Below, piece after piece: positions 40,891 through 52,901 of a stretch of DNA of 64,000 nt. Both the position numbers and the translations under genes were made by a program. The notes beneath the pieces were generated by a model. That model did no database searches, was not told where the DNA came from, and saw only the letters and a list, made by a program, of their open reading frames with translations. This DNA is from Macrostomum lignano (taxonomy: Eukaryota): assembly GCA_002269645.1 (NCBI GenBank), contig NIVC01003429.1, positions 34,026 through 98,025 of the forward strand, in the 5' to 3' direction. Numbering within the stretch: position 1 is the stretch's first letter; every line of letters starts with the position of its first letter.

Positions 40891-41548
40891 TAGATGCATA
40901 CTGGTACGTTGGTGAACGCAATGATTAATTGAGTCATTCATGATTCTCGACTTGCAAGGCAACCTAAAATGTGCTACTGTTAGTAACAACATTTCGCAAC
41001 ACAATAAAAACGCATATTGTCCTTCCACTTCCAAAGCCATTATTGATTCGAAGTGTCCAAATATTATTAATGGGGAAATGGGCAGCAGAGCTTCTTGCAC
41101 GCCGGCTGTGGGCAGTGCGTCTCGGCGCGGATGATGTTGTCTGCCAGTGGAGTTGCCGACGGCGCAACAGATTGCTGGGACGGATCAGGCCGATGCAGAG
41201 CTGCGTTGGTGACTCGCTCGTAGCCGATCTTGAGCAGATTAGCCGCGTGCCGCGGGAGCTTTCTTTTGAAAGTGTGGCTGCAGTATAGAATATTTTTGAG
41301 TGTTGCATGCAGTGGATGGAGAGACGGACTCTGCAAGTTTGCGGTAGTCAATCAATCACCATAGAAGCTTCCTTCCTCAGCTGGAGATACATATAGTAAA
41401 ATGATAAGAGCCTTAGCACTCACCCAAATTCTGGCCATAGACTATAGCGTGTGGCTACAGGCCATGTTATTTTGAGCTTTTAGGCTAAGCTGAACTCAGC
41501 TAAGATTATCTCGGTAGGAGACAGAGTTCCACTAACCAGGGTGGGGCC

Positions 41549-43447
41549 ATGTCGCACTCGATGCGCAGCTTCAGCAGCAACACCTTCAACGGCAACTCCA
41601 CGCTGCGCCGGATGGGCGGGCCCTCCTGGCTGCGCGGCACGCCGTCCAGCAGGTCGTCCAGCGGCAGTCGGGACACCTTGGCCGCGGCGCAGCCTCCGCC
41701 TCAGATGCAGCAGCAGCGAAAGTCCTTCAGACGCGCCTGGGAGGCTGAGCCCGACAGCTGGACGCAGTCAACTTCGGTCTATTCCCACCGGGCTGCGTCA
41801 ATCAGCAGCCACCAGTCGGCCTTCGTCTTCCCCACCTGGACGGTGGGCAACGCGGTGAGCGACAGCGCCAGCACGGCCTCGTGCGGAGGTGGCAGCAGGC
41901 GCCTGGACACCAACTCGAACTGCTCGCAGGCGCCCGAAGATCGGCGCACCAGGAATCCGGAGCTGGACGATCAGCGCAATTTGAGCTCCGGCGGAGGCGC
42001 CAGGTGGGCAGAAGACGGCAGGTATCCGCCGCAGAGCCGCTACCAGGACTCGCGAGCTGCCTACTCACAGGAAGAGGCGCCAAGATATGCAGACAACCAG
42101 CGCAGCGGGTACCCGGACAGTCAGCAGCACTCGCGAGCCCCCTATCAACATGAGCAGGAGACAAAATGCGCAGACAACCAGCGTGGCAGGTATCCAGACA
42201 GCTGGCAGAGCCGCTTCCAGGACTCGCGGCCTCCCTACCCGCCGGAACAGGAGCCAAGGTGCGCAGACAACCAGTGCAGCGGGTACCCGGACAGTCGGCC
42301 CAGCCGCTTCCAGGACTCGCGAGCTCCTTACCGACAGGAAGAGGAGCAAAGGTGCGCAGACAGGTACCCAGGTGGGGACCGGGCACCGGTCAGCCAGTAT
42401 CCGACAGCAGCGCCACCCATGAATTGCCGTCCGCCAGCCGCTGCTGTCCAGCAGGCACCGGTAAGGTCGACTCCAGTGCAGCCCGCGACGCAGCCTCCGC
42501 CACCTCCGCAGCCGCCGCCCCCACAACAGCCGCAGCCGCCGTCCCCACAACAGCCGCAGCCGCCGCCGCCGCCGCCGCCGCCGCAGCCGCAGCCACAGCA
42601 ACCGCAGCCGCAGCCGCACATTCCGCCCGGTGTTCAGGGCAATCCGATGATGATGCCCCAGATGCCGCAGATGCAGCAGCTGCCGGCTCAAGACCCTCAG
42701 CGGAATGCTCCAGCCCTTGCTGCGTCGGGCTACCCGCCTCAAGGCCAGCACAGCCGGTTCGGCGCTTCCATGTTCGACGACCCGGTCGGCGAAGGTCAGG
42801 ACGACGAGTTCGGGCCGCCGCCGCCAAACTTTAGCAACTTGGACTCCGCCTGGCCGAACATGTCCGGCGGACTGGAGAACTGGCCGGCCAACATGGACAG
42901 CGGCTGGGTGGACCCCGTGGCTAACTTTGCCAAGATTGTCCAGCAGGACCCCGTGAATGACAAGGACGAGTGGGAGCTGCCTGAGAACTGGGGCGATCTG
43001 GACGTCCCACCAACTTATCCACAGAACATGATGCTGGACCCCGGCTTTGAAGGCAATGGCGGCTTCGGTTCCTTCAACAACTTCAATTCAGCCTTCATGG
43101 GTCGAGGCGGTGGTGTCGGCGGGGGCGGCGGCGGTGGAGGTCTCGACAGTGGCCTTGACAGCGGCCTCGACACCGGGCTCGATAGCGACCTCGACAGCGG
43201 CCTCGGCAACGGTCTCGGCAGCGGTCTCGGCAGCGGTCTCGGCAGCGGCCTCGGTAGAGACAGCCTTGGCGGCATTGGCGGCAGCAGTGGCAGCCTTCAA
43301 GACGACTCAATGGACTTTGAACTGGACGGCCTGAGCCCGGCGAGGCAGAAGTCCGGTGCGGATTTCGGCGGCGCAGGGTTCGGGGGCAACTGGTGCTCGG
43401 AGATGGGCAGCTTTCAGCAGCAGGGAAGGAACTTCGGCTTCATTTAG
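41549..43447 (+). CDS. Uncharacterised low-complexity (probably disordered) protein, 632 aa, single coding exon
   Basis: Long open frame with GC3-rich codons like the other host genes. An acceptor-like CACTAACCAG lies 9 nt before the ATG. Contains internal ~31-aa repeats, a P/Q tract, an acidic Trp-containing segment and a G/S tail. No recognisable domain. Confidence 0.7.
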   Translation: MSHSMRSFSSNTFNGNSTLRRMGGPSWLRGTPSSRSSSGSRDTLAAAQPPPQMQQQRKSFRRAWEAEPDSWTQSTSVYSHRAASISSHQSAFVFPTWTVGNAVSDSASTASCGGGSRRLDTNSNCSQAPEDRRTRNPELDDQRNLSSGGGARWAEDGRYPPQSRYQDSRAAYSQEEAPRYADNQRSGYPDSQQHSRAPYQHEQETKCADNQRGRYPDSWQSRFQDSRPPYPPEQEPRCADNQCSGYPDSRPSRFQDSRAPYRQEEEQRCADRYPGGDRAPVSQYPTAAPPMNCRPPAAAVQQAPVRSTPVQPATQPPPPPQPPPPQQPQPPSPQQPQPPPPPPPPQPQPQQPQPQPHIPPGVQGNPMMMPQMPQMQQLPAQDPQRNAPALAASGYPPQGQHSRFGASMFDDPVGEGQDDEFGPPPPNFSNLDSAWPNMSGGLENWPANMDSGWVDPVANFAKIVQQDPVNDKDEWELPENWGDLDVPPTYPQNMMLDPGFEGNGGFGSFNNFNSAFMGRGGGVGGGGGGGGLDSGLDSGLDTGLDSDLDSGLGNGLGSGLGSGLGSGLGRDSLGGIGGSSGSLQDDSMDFELDGLSPARQKSGADFGGAGFGGNWCSEMGSFQQQGRNFGFI

Positions 43448-45574
43448 CAGGCTTAGCAGTTTTGACAGGTCTGAAACGCCTCTTGCGTCATTTTCAATGC
43501 AAGGCAGCGCAAACCTGCGATTGTTTATTTATTTAGTAAAATACAAAAACTTGGCATTATCTCCTTCGCTAAGAGCGCATGTACAATATTTTACAGAAAG
43601 CTTACTATTCAGTCTGTACTGCATTTTTGCCATTTTTAATGCGCATTTTTACAAACGTCAAACAAATACGCCTTGTCAACAGAAATGCTGGTTAAATGTA
43701 GTTTCAAATATAAAGGTTTTTTAAAGTGTGAATCAAATTTTGCTATCACTCTCGCTGCACTACGAACAAGACTCTTTGAACTTTCAGCAGTTCAGACCTT
43801 GGCCTGGTGAGAAGGCGCCCTGTAAAATCATCGATCATACTTGAATTCTGCTACCATTAATTTTTCACCAGAAAACAGGCTCTCAACTAATCCCGAACGT
43901 ATTTGTGCCGTACCCTATACGAGAGAAAATTTTTAATTTTTTGCTCGCGATTCACTCGACGGCTGCGACAGAAATGAAGATCGACTGTTGGTCTGTTGCT
44001 CGTATTTGACAGAAAGCTAACAGTCCACAGCTAATTGTGCAAACCAACTATGAATCACTCAAGTAGACAAGGGGCGAAACAATGAATTGAGTATACCATG
44101 TAAATAACCATTGAAAGTGATTGTATTCCTTTTTCTCTCATGCAGGGTAGTCTTTTACCCTACACTCTACAATAGAATACCTAGATAGATAAGATAGATA
44201 CCTGTGGTCTAGTCTAGCTAGTAACTCTTTTACTCTATCGAATAAAATATGGATTGGCATGTTTTCATAAAAGGAAAATATAAATTACAAGGACTCAAAG
44301 ATCCAAAATATTGCTATTAAGTAAATTTGAGAAACTTAATGCCACTAAAGATATCAACCCACGGCCACAACCCTTTCCCTTTGATTGACATCCACATGCT
44401 TTCACGTTTTAAAATTCAACTTTATTAGAAATATAACCGACGTACCTGTGCATTTGTAAAGCAATAATATATCGCCGGGTAGCTTATATTTGATCGATCA
44501 AAAGGTTGAGGCGAGTTAGCAGGGTCAGCCTAGGGATAGAACAGAACAGGGTGAGCTAGCTAGCTATCTTGCCTCGTGCGCTTTTACATTTAATAAACTT
44601 TTCATTGACATTATTGACACTTTAGGCCTGTAGGCCTATTGTATTGCCACTTGCCAGTCTGTTTTGTATAAGCCTTACTATCTTCTTATACTATAGGGCC
44701 TAATCTATGTAAAATTCAATCTATAGCATGACCCACATTGTCTCCTAGCCATATTGTGATTTTAAATGTCATAGGCCTAATAAATTTATAAATATAAAAA
44801 TTATAAATTTTTTTAATATTATAAATTTATAAATATAAATATAGGCCCTAATTTGCCTTTGGTTGACTTTACTCAGTCTGAATTAAAAACATTTTTTTCA
44901 TTTTTGCACATATTTCTTCTAAACTCTAAAAATGCTATGATGGCATGCAGGTAGGTAGGCAGAAACATCTGAAGGCTTAATTCATGTAAACCTTTTATTT
45001 CTATTTGCAATATCCTAAAAAAGATTATGGACTAGTATACTTAATTAATTTTTTGATATCTATTGCTATAAAAATATGGATCCTCGACACTTTGTCATCT
45101 TACAACTTCGTCATCTTACAACTTTGTCATCCACTTTGAAGGTAGGACATTTCGTCATCCAGCCAATTGGCATGCTTTAAAGTTTGGTCAGTTCGTCATC
45201 TACTAATAACAAGCATTGTAGTCTGTAGTCATAGACTCAATTAAACAGATGCTTCTGCGTATATATACAAGTATATATAAAAATGAGGCTGAAGTGAGAC
45301 TGTCCCCTCCTCCTTTCTCATTCTGGACTTGGGACCAGACAATGGCAGAGTTATGACCACAAAGATTGTCATCTCGTACGTATCTAGTATAGTACGAGTA
45401 TATACATGTAGTATAACTCGTAAATAAGTAATATGTAAATATGTAATATATACTTGGCACAAAGATTGAAGGCACAGAGACAAAGTCACAAAGAAGAAAT
45501 TGGGCGCTAAAAGGAGGCAGAGGGGAGAGGGAGTGAGAAAATGTCACTGCTTTTAACATGAAATTTAATTCGGC

Positions 45575-47061
45575 TTATTCGGCTTGCCCATCAAAATGGG
45601 GAATGTGGCCTAGGCAACTGCACCTGACTAAAAAGCTGCGCACAGAGAGCTCACTGGCTCGATATTTTGCCCAGTTAAGCTTTGCTAACTCCTGAAGCTG
45701 CTGATACTGCATTTTCTGATGGCGCTCGTTAGTAGCTTGCTTGCACACCAAGGCAGCGTATACTGGCACGTATATTTGTTCATTTGTATACATGACAAAG
45801 TGTCTCTTACCAGTCCTGTCCACTCGAACGTCATGAATGACCATTCCCTCTGGCACATGATCAAGAGCCAGATTGAACTGGAGGTTGTCCGGCGGCTTTG
45901 GGCGCCCAGCCTCCCGTGTTTGGTTGGTCGTGCGGACCAGGTTGGCGATGCTGGGAACATCCGGAGCAAGGTGGAGTTCCAGATTCTCCTGCAGCCTTGT
46001 GAGGATGGAACAATTAAGGGCGAGTTGTTTTATATTTCACTTTACTGCTTATACTTTACTAAGTTTTATTACTGTTACTAATAGAGATAATGTTCATACT
46101 TGGCCTCAACGAGCGCGGCAGCCGGTCGAAAGCAAGCTTGCTTTGCCTCTGTCTTCAGCTCCACCAGCATCTTCCGCTTCATGCCCTCATGAATGTGTGG
46201 CTCGCAGGTGTGCGGCGATTGCCCACTGCAAAATTTGCCCTGGTGTTCAATGGCTGTGGCGCAGCATTTGAACCTGGAATTGCGGCTAGTGCAACGGTAA
46301 TTCCGCTTGCCATTTTTTTCATAGTTAAATCCCATCACAAAATCCCCCCTGTCTGTACGATGCACCACTGCATCTTTCCCTTTATTCATTCCACTGGCAA
46401 TATAGAAGTAAGTCTCCTCCTGGAGACCCACAGGAAACTGCTGAGGTACTGGTCTCAGCCGCTCGAGTTCGCTCTCTTGAAGCCTTTGTGGCTCCTGGAA
46501 GTGACCCACATCAGCAGCATACAGTTCAGCCAGGATCGGATCTACATCTGGCTCCACCAGTTGCTGCACTGCTGGTAGCTGGGCTGCAGCAGGCTCGGCG
46601 GGCTGGGCTGCAGCAGGTTCGGCGGGCTGGGCTGCAGCAGGCTCGGCGGGCTGGGTTGCAGCAGGTTTGGCGGGCTGGGCTGCAGCAGGTTCTGCAGGCT
46701 GGGCTGCAGCAGGCTCGGCAGGCTGGGCTGCAGCAGGCTCGGCAGGCTGGGCTGCAGCAGGCTGGGCTGCAGCAGGCTTGGTGGGCTGGGCTGCAGCAGG
46801 CTCGGCGGGCTGGGCTGCAGCAGGCTTGGCGGGCTGGGCTGCAGCAGGCTCGGCGGGCTGGGCTGCAGCAGGCTCGGCACCTCTATGGCAGGCGTTGCAA
46901 CGCCAGTCGAATTCATCCAAGCGCATGAGCCATCAATACTCTGCCAAGGACACATTCGTTCCGCATGTCCTGTGTTGCCACTGGTGGCATTGATCGCACT
47001 GAAGGGCTTGCTGGCGAGGTCGCACAAGGGCATTGCATTCAATGCAATTATCTGCCTGCAT
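45575..47061 (-). pseudogene. MULE transposase remnant: PHD finger, AAAQP linker, FLYWCH-like finger and C-terminus, with no DDE core
   Basis: ATG at 47061 reads MQADNCIEC..LQCDQCHQWQHRTC..EY*WL..WRCNAC, a PHD-type C4HC3 with an in-frame TGA at 46933-46935. A FLYWCH-like YRC..KCCA..HTCEPH follows. A probable intron spans 46099-45996. Exon 2 reads RPKPPDNLQFNL..RHFVMYTNEQ and then joins directly to a C-terminal-like segment, with a stop at 45575. Confidence 0.8.
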
Positions 47062-47159
47062 TTTCAGGTTTGATTGTTTGTGCTCATATGATTTCATTCC
47101 GGTTGCTCTTATATACTAAATAACTAGTATAGGGTGCACTAAATAACTAAATAGGGTGC

Positions 47160-47470
47160 ACGTCAGAGTGATGTATGGTTGAGGTGGGATGGTGGGGCAG
47201 AGGTGTGAAAACTTGAAGGGTGCATGGGCTAAGATGGATTGAGGGAACAGGTGCCAACACGATAAGTGAGGGTGGGGTGGTGTATGGTTGAGGTGGGATG
47301 GTGGGGCTGGGGCAGAGGTGTGAAAACTTGAAGGGTGGGCTAAGATGGATTAAGGGAAGAGGTGCCAACATGAGATCTCATGAGCCTATTGCATGGGTGC
47401 ACGTCGGATATGGAGGTGCTTTTGTGCTTGCTTAAGTGAGGGTGGGGTGGTGGGGCAGAGGTGTGAACAC
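47160..47470. repeat. Internal ~110-120-bp GT-rich direct repeats in the MULE 5' region
   Basis: TGTATGGTTGAGGTGGGATGGTGGGGC..AGAGGTGTGAAAACTTGAAGGGTG..GCTAAGATGGATT..AGGTGCCAACA occurs twice, plus a partial third copy. Confidence 0.8.
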
Positions 47471-49389
47471 GCTTCACATTCTAAATTGTCAAAAAGAGGT
47501 GTCAAAACTGATTTCATTATATAAGAGTTGAAAGATAGGTGCCAACATGATGTCTCAAAATAACAAAATCATATGTACGTTGGGGGTGATGTGGGTGGGG
47601 AGGAGTGGTTCTGTTCTAACTTTGAAAACTTTTGTTTTATAGATGATGAAGTGTCCACAAGTCTAAGTCACTTCGTCATCCACCCTCTGAGATATTAGAT
47701 AGATCGTCATCTGGATGACAAAGTTGTAAGATGACGAAGTGTCCAGGTACCTAAAAATATTATGGAATAGGAAAGCTTTTGATGTAGGCCTAATTTAGCA
47801 TGATCCTAACCATGTCTATAGTTTATTGCTTCAAGATATATTTGTATATTGAAAGCTTTTTTGGAAAATGATATATAGTCGTATAGAATCATTTAAAAAA
47901 TAATATATAATACTAGGCAAAATCCAAAAATGTAGTGATAAAACAGTAGGCCTAAAACAAATCTGCAGACATTGAATGGAAGGTAATGTATCTAAAGAGC
48001 TTCTTAAAAGACAGATAAGTCTTTAGCATCGTTGAAAAATGAGTAAAAAACCACAAAAAAGCATTTTTAAAGTCTAAGTCCAAAATTCGCAATTTTTGTT
48101 TCATTAATAAACAAATAATTTTAAGACTTGTAGACCTTAGAGAAGGCTAATTTTTTTCACTACTTACAAAACAGAAAGTATTCTGTGTTTTACTTTTTAT
48201 TTTATTCAAAAAGATGAAAGATTTCTAAGGATTTCTAAGTTTTTTTAAAACCATATAAACTTGCAAAAATTCATATTAATTTAAAGTGCAAAGTTTGCTA
48301 GCAAACATCTTTCTCTAATTTAAGTAAATGTACTGCTAATTCCTTGTTGCAAATAATCTTTAAGCTTTTTTCTTTCATTTAAAAATCAACTTGCATAGTA
48401 TTAATGTATGTAATATGCCAATATTAGGACTTAAAATTTTTGGGTAAAAAATGGTACCACAAAATGTGAACCTAGCATCCAAATGAAATGTTTCCTATAG
48501 GCTTATGAGGCAACAAAGAAGAATGAAATTACACTTAAATATGTATCATTGTGGTGTATATGTAGGAAAAAAAGAATTTTCCAAATTGCTTTATAGAAGC
48601 TGAGTAAAATGAAATTTTTAAATCCTTATAGAAATTTGTATGCTTAAATGATAAACTTACATAGAGTATAGTATATTTATTGCAAACAAACTACAAAATA
48701 CATGTTGTCAATATTAGTGAAAGTGATAAACAAATAAACCCTTAAAAAGAATGGTAAATATGTTGTAGCATTATAGAATGTAATATAAGATACTTAAAGT
48801 TAATAAATACATTATTAGAGCTTTTCTATCATTTTTATTATAGTCATTGTTACCATTTTAACAAATAATTTTAATAAAAATAAGGCTATATATGAATAAT
48901 TTGTGCTTTTATAGATGTTTCTAACTTTTAAAAACTCAAATAAACTTATAAGTTTTGTTTTTTGAAGATTGTATAATAAAAGTACAAGAAGGTAGTTCTC
49001 TAATGCAAATGTTAAAATTGGTGATATATGTATAAGAAATATGTCTTATAACTAATGATGATTTATTATGTGAATTATTAATATGAGATCATTTTATAAT
49101 AGTAGGGTCTATAAAATTTTATTTTAGCAAACTGCTATTGGCATTGCAATAAAGCCAAAGTGTCAACTAGGATTTAGATAGTATAAGCCTAGTAGTGCAT
49201 ACCCATAGTGCAGAAAGATGTATATGTACAACAAAATGTAAATTTAAATTTTGGCTTATTGTACAATAGTAAGACAGGGATTGAAAAATGGTACTACTAG
49301 TATATGTTAGGGTACAATAGGAATACATATGAGCATAAATATAAATGCAATAAAAGTGAGAAAATATTACCCCTGACCCTGCTAGTTAG

Positions 49390-50468
49390 TCAGGAATAGT
49401 CTAGTAGTAGGTAAATATACTTTATGGAAGTACTTCATTTCCGGTGCCCAATGAAGGGAATGCTGGAGATGGCAGCTGCACGCCTCTAGCACCTTGCCAA
49501 TGGCATCCTTGGTGCCACTAGCAAAGAATAGGATCCATTGAGGGCAAAGGCTACAGTGTGGGTCACCTCAAAGGAATAGCTTTGCCACATTGTTCGGGAA
49601 CTCCTTGCAGGCATTGTTCCCCATGGGCAGCAGCAGCCAACAAAGCTTCAAGCAAAGCTGCAGGGTGTCATTTGTCTGGCTGCCCTATTGCTGCTGTGAC
49701 TGCATGGTGGCATAAAAGCTTTCCACAATGGCCTCTGCAATGAAACAGAAAACAACATGTAGATGAGTGACCATTGTACACACTTTTGACAACTCAGCCT
49801 AGGGAGTTCAGATGTAATGAAGACTCTCTAACAAGTGACTAACCGTATTTAAACAATTTGAAAGCTACTCACCAGTGCCACCTCATTGCAGTGCACATGT
49901 TGCAAGGCCAGCCTGCTGGTAGACGCTTGGGTCAGCATAGAAGGACCAGTACACTGCCACTTCATCAACAACAGCATTGAAGGCACCCTCTGTGGTGCAG
50001 CCAGACAAGCACAGCAACAGCTCCGTGGGTGAATGTGGCGGTGAAGCCCTGACTTCTGTCAATGGCCTGTTGACAATGGGCACCAGCCAGCCCATGTGGC
50101 CTTCGCCCATAAAGAGGACATGATGAAGCATGTCCACAAAATTTGATGCATACCTTGAGTTAAGGGAAATTTCATGGAAGGCATTGTGTGTTACATGCTT
50201 ACAATTATCATTGTTTTTGTCCTATAGCCCAGTGATAAAGTGATAACAATTGCACATCCCTAGTCACACACAGTACTGCATTCTCAGACTACCCATACAC
50301 CTATGCAGCTTTGTGAAACTTACCTTTGCAACATCGGAGTCTTCAGGTGGGCCAGATGTTTATGCTTGACAGCGTTGGCTATGAGCCGCTTGAATGCTAG
50401 TGCATGCTGACTGGCAAACTCCTCTGCAGCAACCTTGGAGTCCCCAATTGCTCCATGTACACTGTACA
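49390..50468 (-). pseudogene. Spliced pseudogene, probably the C-terminal part of a hAT-like transposase
   Basis: Three exons (50468-50324, 50153-49873, 49734 to about 49390) join with consistent phases at GT-AG sites. The translation has 3 in-frame stops and includes GGT|EAIVESFYATMQSQ..TLQLCLKLCW, which resembles the hAT dimerisation region (recall only). Confidence 0.6.
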
Positions 50469-51708
50469 CTAGAACAAGAATCCTATCTTAGCTAAATATG
50501 TCAGTGTATGCCAAAATGAAAATTTCAATAAGTTTTACACCAAAAATTTCTGCTTAAAAGGTCATTCAGTTTTCACAAGTTGAGTTTTCTAAAAAAGGTT
50601 TTGTAAAAGTATTTTTTTATAATATTATGATATTTTCATTTTAATTAAAATTAAATCATATCTCTAAAAAATAATGCCTATTTTAAGTTTTTAGCTATAA
50701 TTTTATTTACTAGTTTTATTCAATAATAATTTTTAAAAAGCAAAAAGTTTATCATTGACTTTCTAAAATACTAAATATCCTTTATTTTATGTAAACCATA
50801 TTTATTTACATAAAATTTTTCGTGCATGGTATGAATTTGTGCATTAAATTTGTATGCTAAAAGAATTTGCATGATTTTGTATATTAAAATTTGTACACCA
50901 ACTTTGAAAGGAGTCATTTGTATACTGAAATTTTCCGGCATACATGTAACCTTCCAGAGCCTAAGGTGTCAATAGGGTTATCATTAATGCTTTAAGTTCA
51001 TCAATATAATTAATTTGACTTTCATATTAGTTTATAGGCATCGGTTTTAATATACATATACAAAGAACAAATGTTATTTATAAATACTCATAGTTCTTAT
51101 CTTTTCAGGTTTGATATGCAATCATTAAAGTAGAGAATTCCATAAGGCCCATTTAATTGTCACTTCATCTGCTGTTTTTAAGGTTTGATAGGGGACTCAA
51201 GCTCAATGATAAAGAAAAATCAAGATTTTTTGTACTAAAATTTTTAGATGCAAATAATGTTGTTGCTATTAAAATTTTTTTAAAAGTTAAAACAAAAGTG
51301 AAAGGTAGCTGTAGCTAAAGTTCCACATTGGCTACTGATATGGCTATGGGAAGTAATGGAGATAGACAGAACATATGGATATAGAAATGCATATTTGCCA
51401 TATCTAGTAATATTGGCTACTCAATAACTGAGACAAATGATTAAGTCCTTAGGTTTGAGGACTCAAATAACAGAGATTTTTGATGACATTGTATGATTGG
51501 GTTGCTATTGGCTTAAATTAAGATTAATGCCTGTTAATGAGTATATTTCTATCTTAATGTATATTTCTTTTCTGCTATGCTAAATTTAATAAAGTAAATC
51601 TAGTTTCAATTAACATAATGCATAGACTACACATGAAATATACAATCCATAGTGTTCGAAATACTTCCAGAAACCTGCAGTCCCACTGAAAAGGTTGATC
51701 AGTTAGTT

Positions 51709-52862
51709 ATGGACATTCCAACCAAGCTCAAGATTGCAGTGGTCTGCAGTAGCAACCAGAATCGCAGTATGGAGGCTCACGATTTCCTTAGGTAAGTAGA
51801 AATAGCGTTAGGCAGCTGTCAGTACTACTGGCAGTAAGTAATGACTGTTTCGCTTCAACTAAATCATTTCGTACTTTTATAATTAACAGTTCTCTGAACC
51901 ACCTAACACAACCTGACCCACTCAACACTAAACCTGACCCATACTCAACACCAAACCTGACCGACTCAACTCCAAACCTGACCCACTCAACACCAAACCT
52001 GACCCACTTTGCACCAAACCTGACCCATTCAACGCCAAACCTGACCCACTCACGCCAAACCTAACCCACTCATCACTAAACCTGACCCACTAAACGCCAA
52101 ACGTGACCCACTCAACGCCAAACCTGACCCACTCACGCCAAACCTGACCCACTCCACGCCAAACCTGACCCACTCAACGCAAAACCTGACCCATTCAACA
52201 CCAAACCTGACCCACTCATGCCAAACCTGACCCACTCATGCCAAACCTGACCCACACCACGCCAAACCTGGCCAACTCAAAACCAAAACTGACCCACTCA
52301 ACACTAAACCTGCCCCACTTAACGCCAAACGTGACCCACTCACGCCAAACCTGACCCACTCCACATTCAGCAAGCGCGGCTTCAACGTGCGCTCCTTCGG
52401 CACGGGCAACCAGGTGAAGCTGCCGGGCCCGGCCCTGAACAAGCCGAATCTGTACAACTTTGATGTTACCTACCAGGAGATTTACGCGGACCTGGAGCGC
52501 AAGGACCGCAGGATGTACACACAGAACGGCGTGCTGCACATGCTGGACCGAAACCGGCGGATCAAGCCGAAGCCGGAGCGCTTCCAGGACGCCAAGGACA
52601 AGTTCGACGTGATCATCACGGTCGAGGAGAAAGTCTACGACGCTGTCATCGAAGTGCTGGAGTCGCGGCCGCAGGAGGGCAACGAGGCAGTGCATGTGGT
52701 GAACATCGAGATCCGGGACAACCACGAGGAGGCCACACTGGGCGCCTTTCTGATCTGCGACTTCTGCTCTGCGGTGAGCCGCGTTCTCCGTCCGTCTGTC
52801 TATCTGTTTATCTGTCTGTCTGTCTGCCTGTCTGCCTGCCTGTCTGCCTGCCTGTCTGTCTA

Positions 52863-52901
<39 letters not shown>

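Larger units (their letters stand above)
45078..47751 (-). mobile_element. Mutator-like DNA transposon (MULE), non-autonomous internal-deletion derivative
   Basis: Perfect 9-bp TSD TAAAAATAT at 45069-45077 and 47752-47760. GG...CC termini with ~38-bp TIRs matching at 33/38. Subterminal TT(C/T)GTCATC motifs are repeated at both ends. Confidence 0.92.
44520..49381. mobile_element. Putative non-autonomous hAT-type element (CAGGG ends) hosting the MULE
   Basis: CAGGGTCAG at 44520 and its reverse complement CTGACCCTG ending at 49381. Flanks CGAGTTAG (44512-44519) and CTAGTTAG (49382-49389) match at 7/8. The interior is AT-rich and non-coding. The TIR is only 9 bp. Confidence 0.45.

Noticed and set aside
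41067-41351. Minus-strand ORF ending CKKLCCPFPH as a divergent gene
   Set aside because: It is somewhat coding-like, but I could not build a phase-consistent exon chain or recognise a domain. Left unresolved.
44143-44165. CAGGGTAG at 44143 as the outer terminus of the hAT-like element
   Set aside because: No matching inverted end with a TSD was found near 50900-51700, so the outer boundaries remain undefined.
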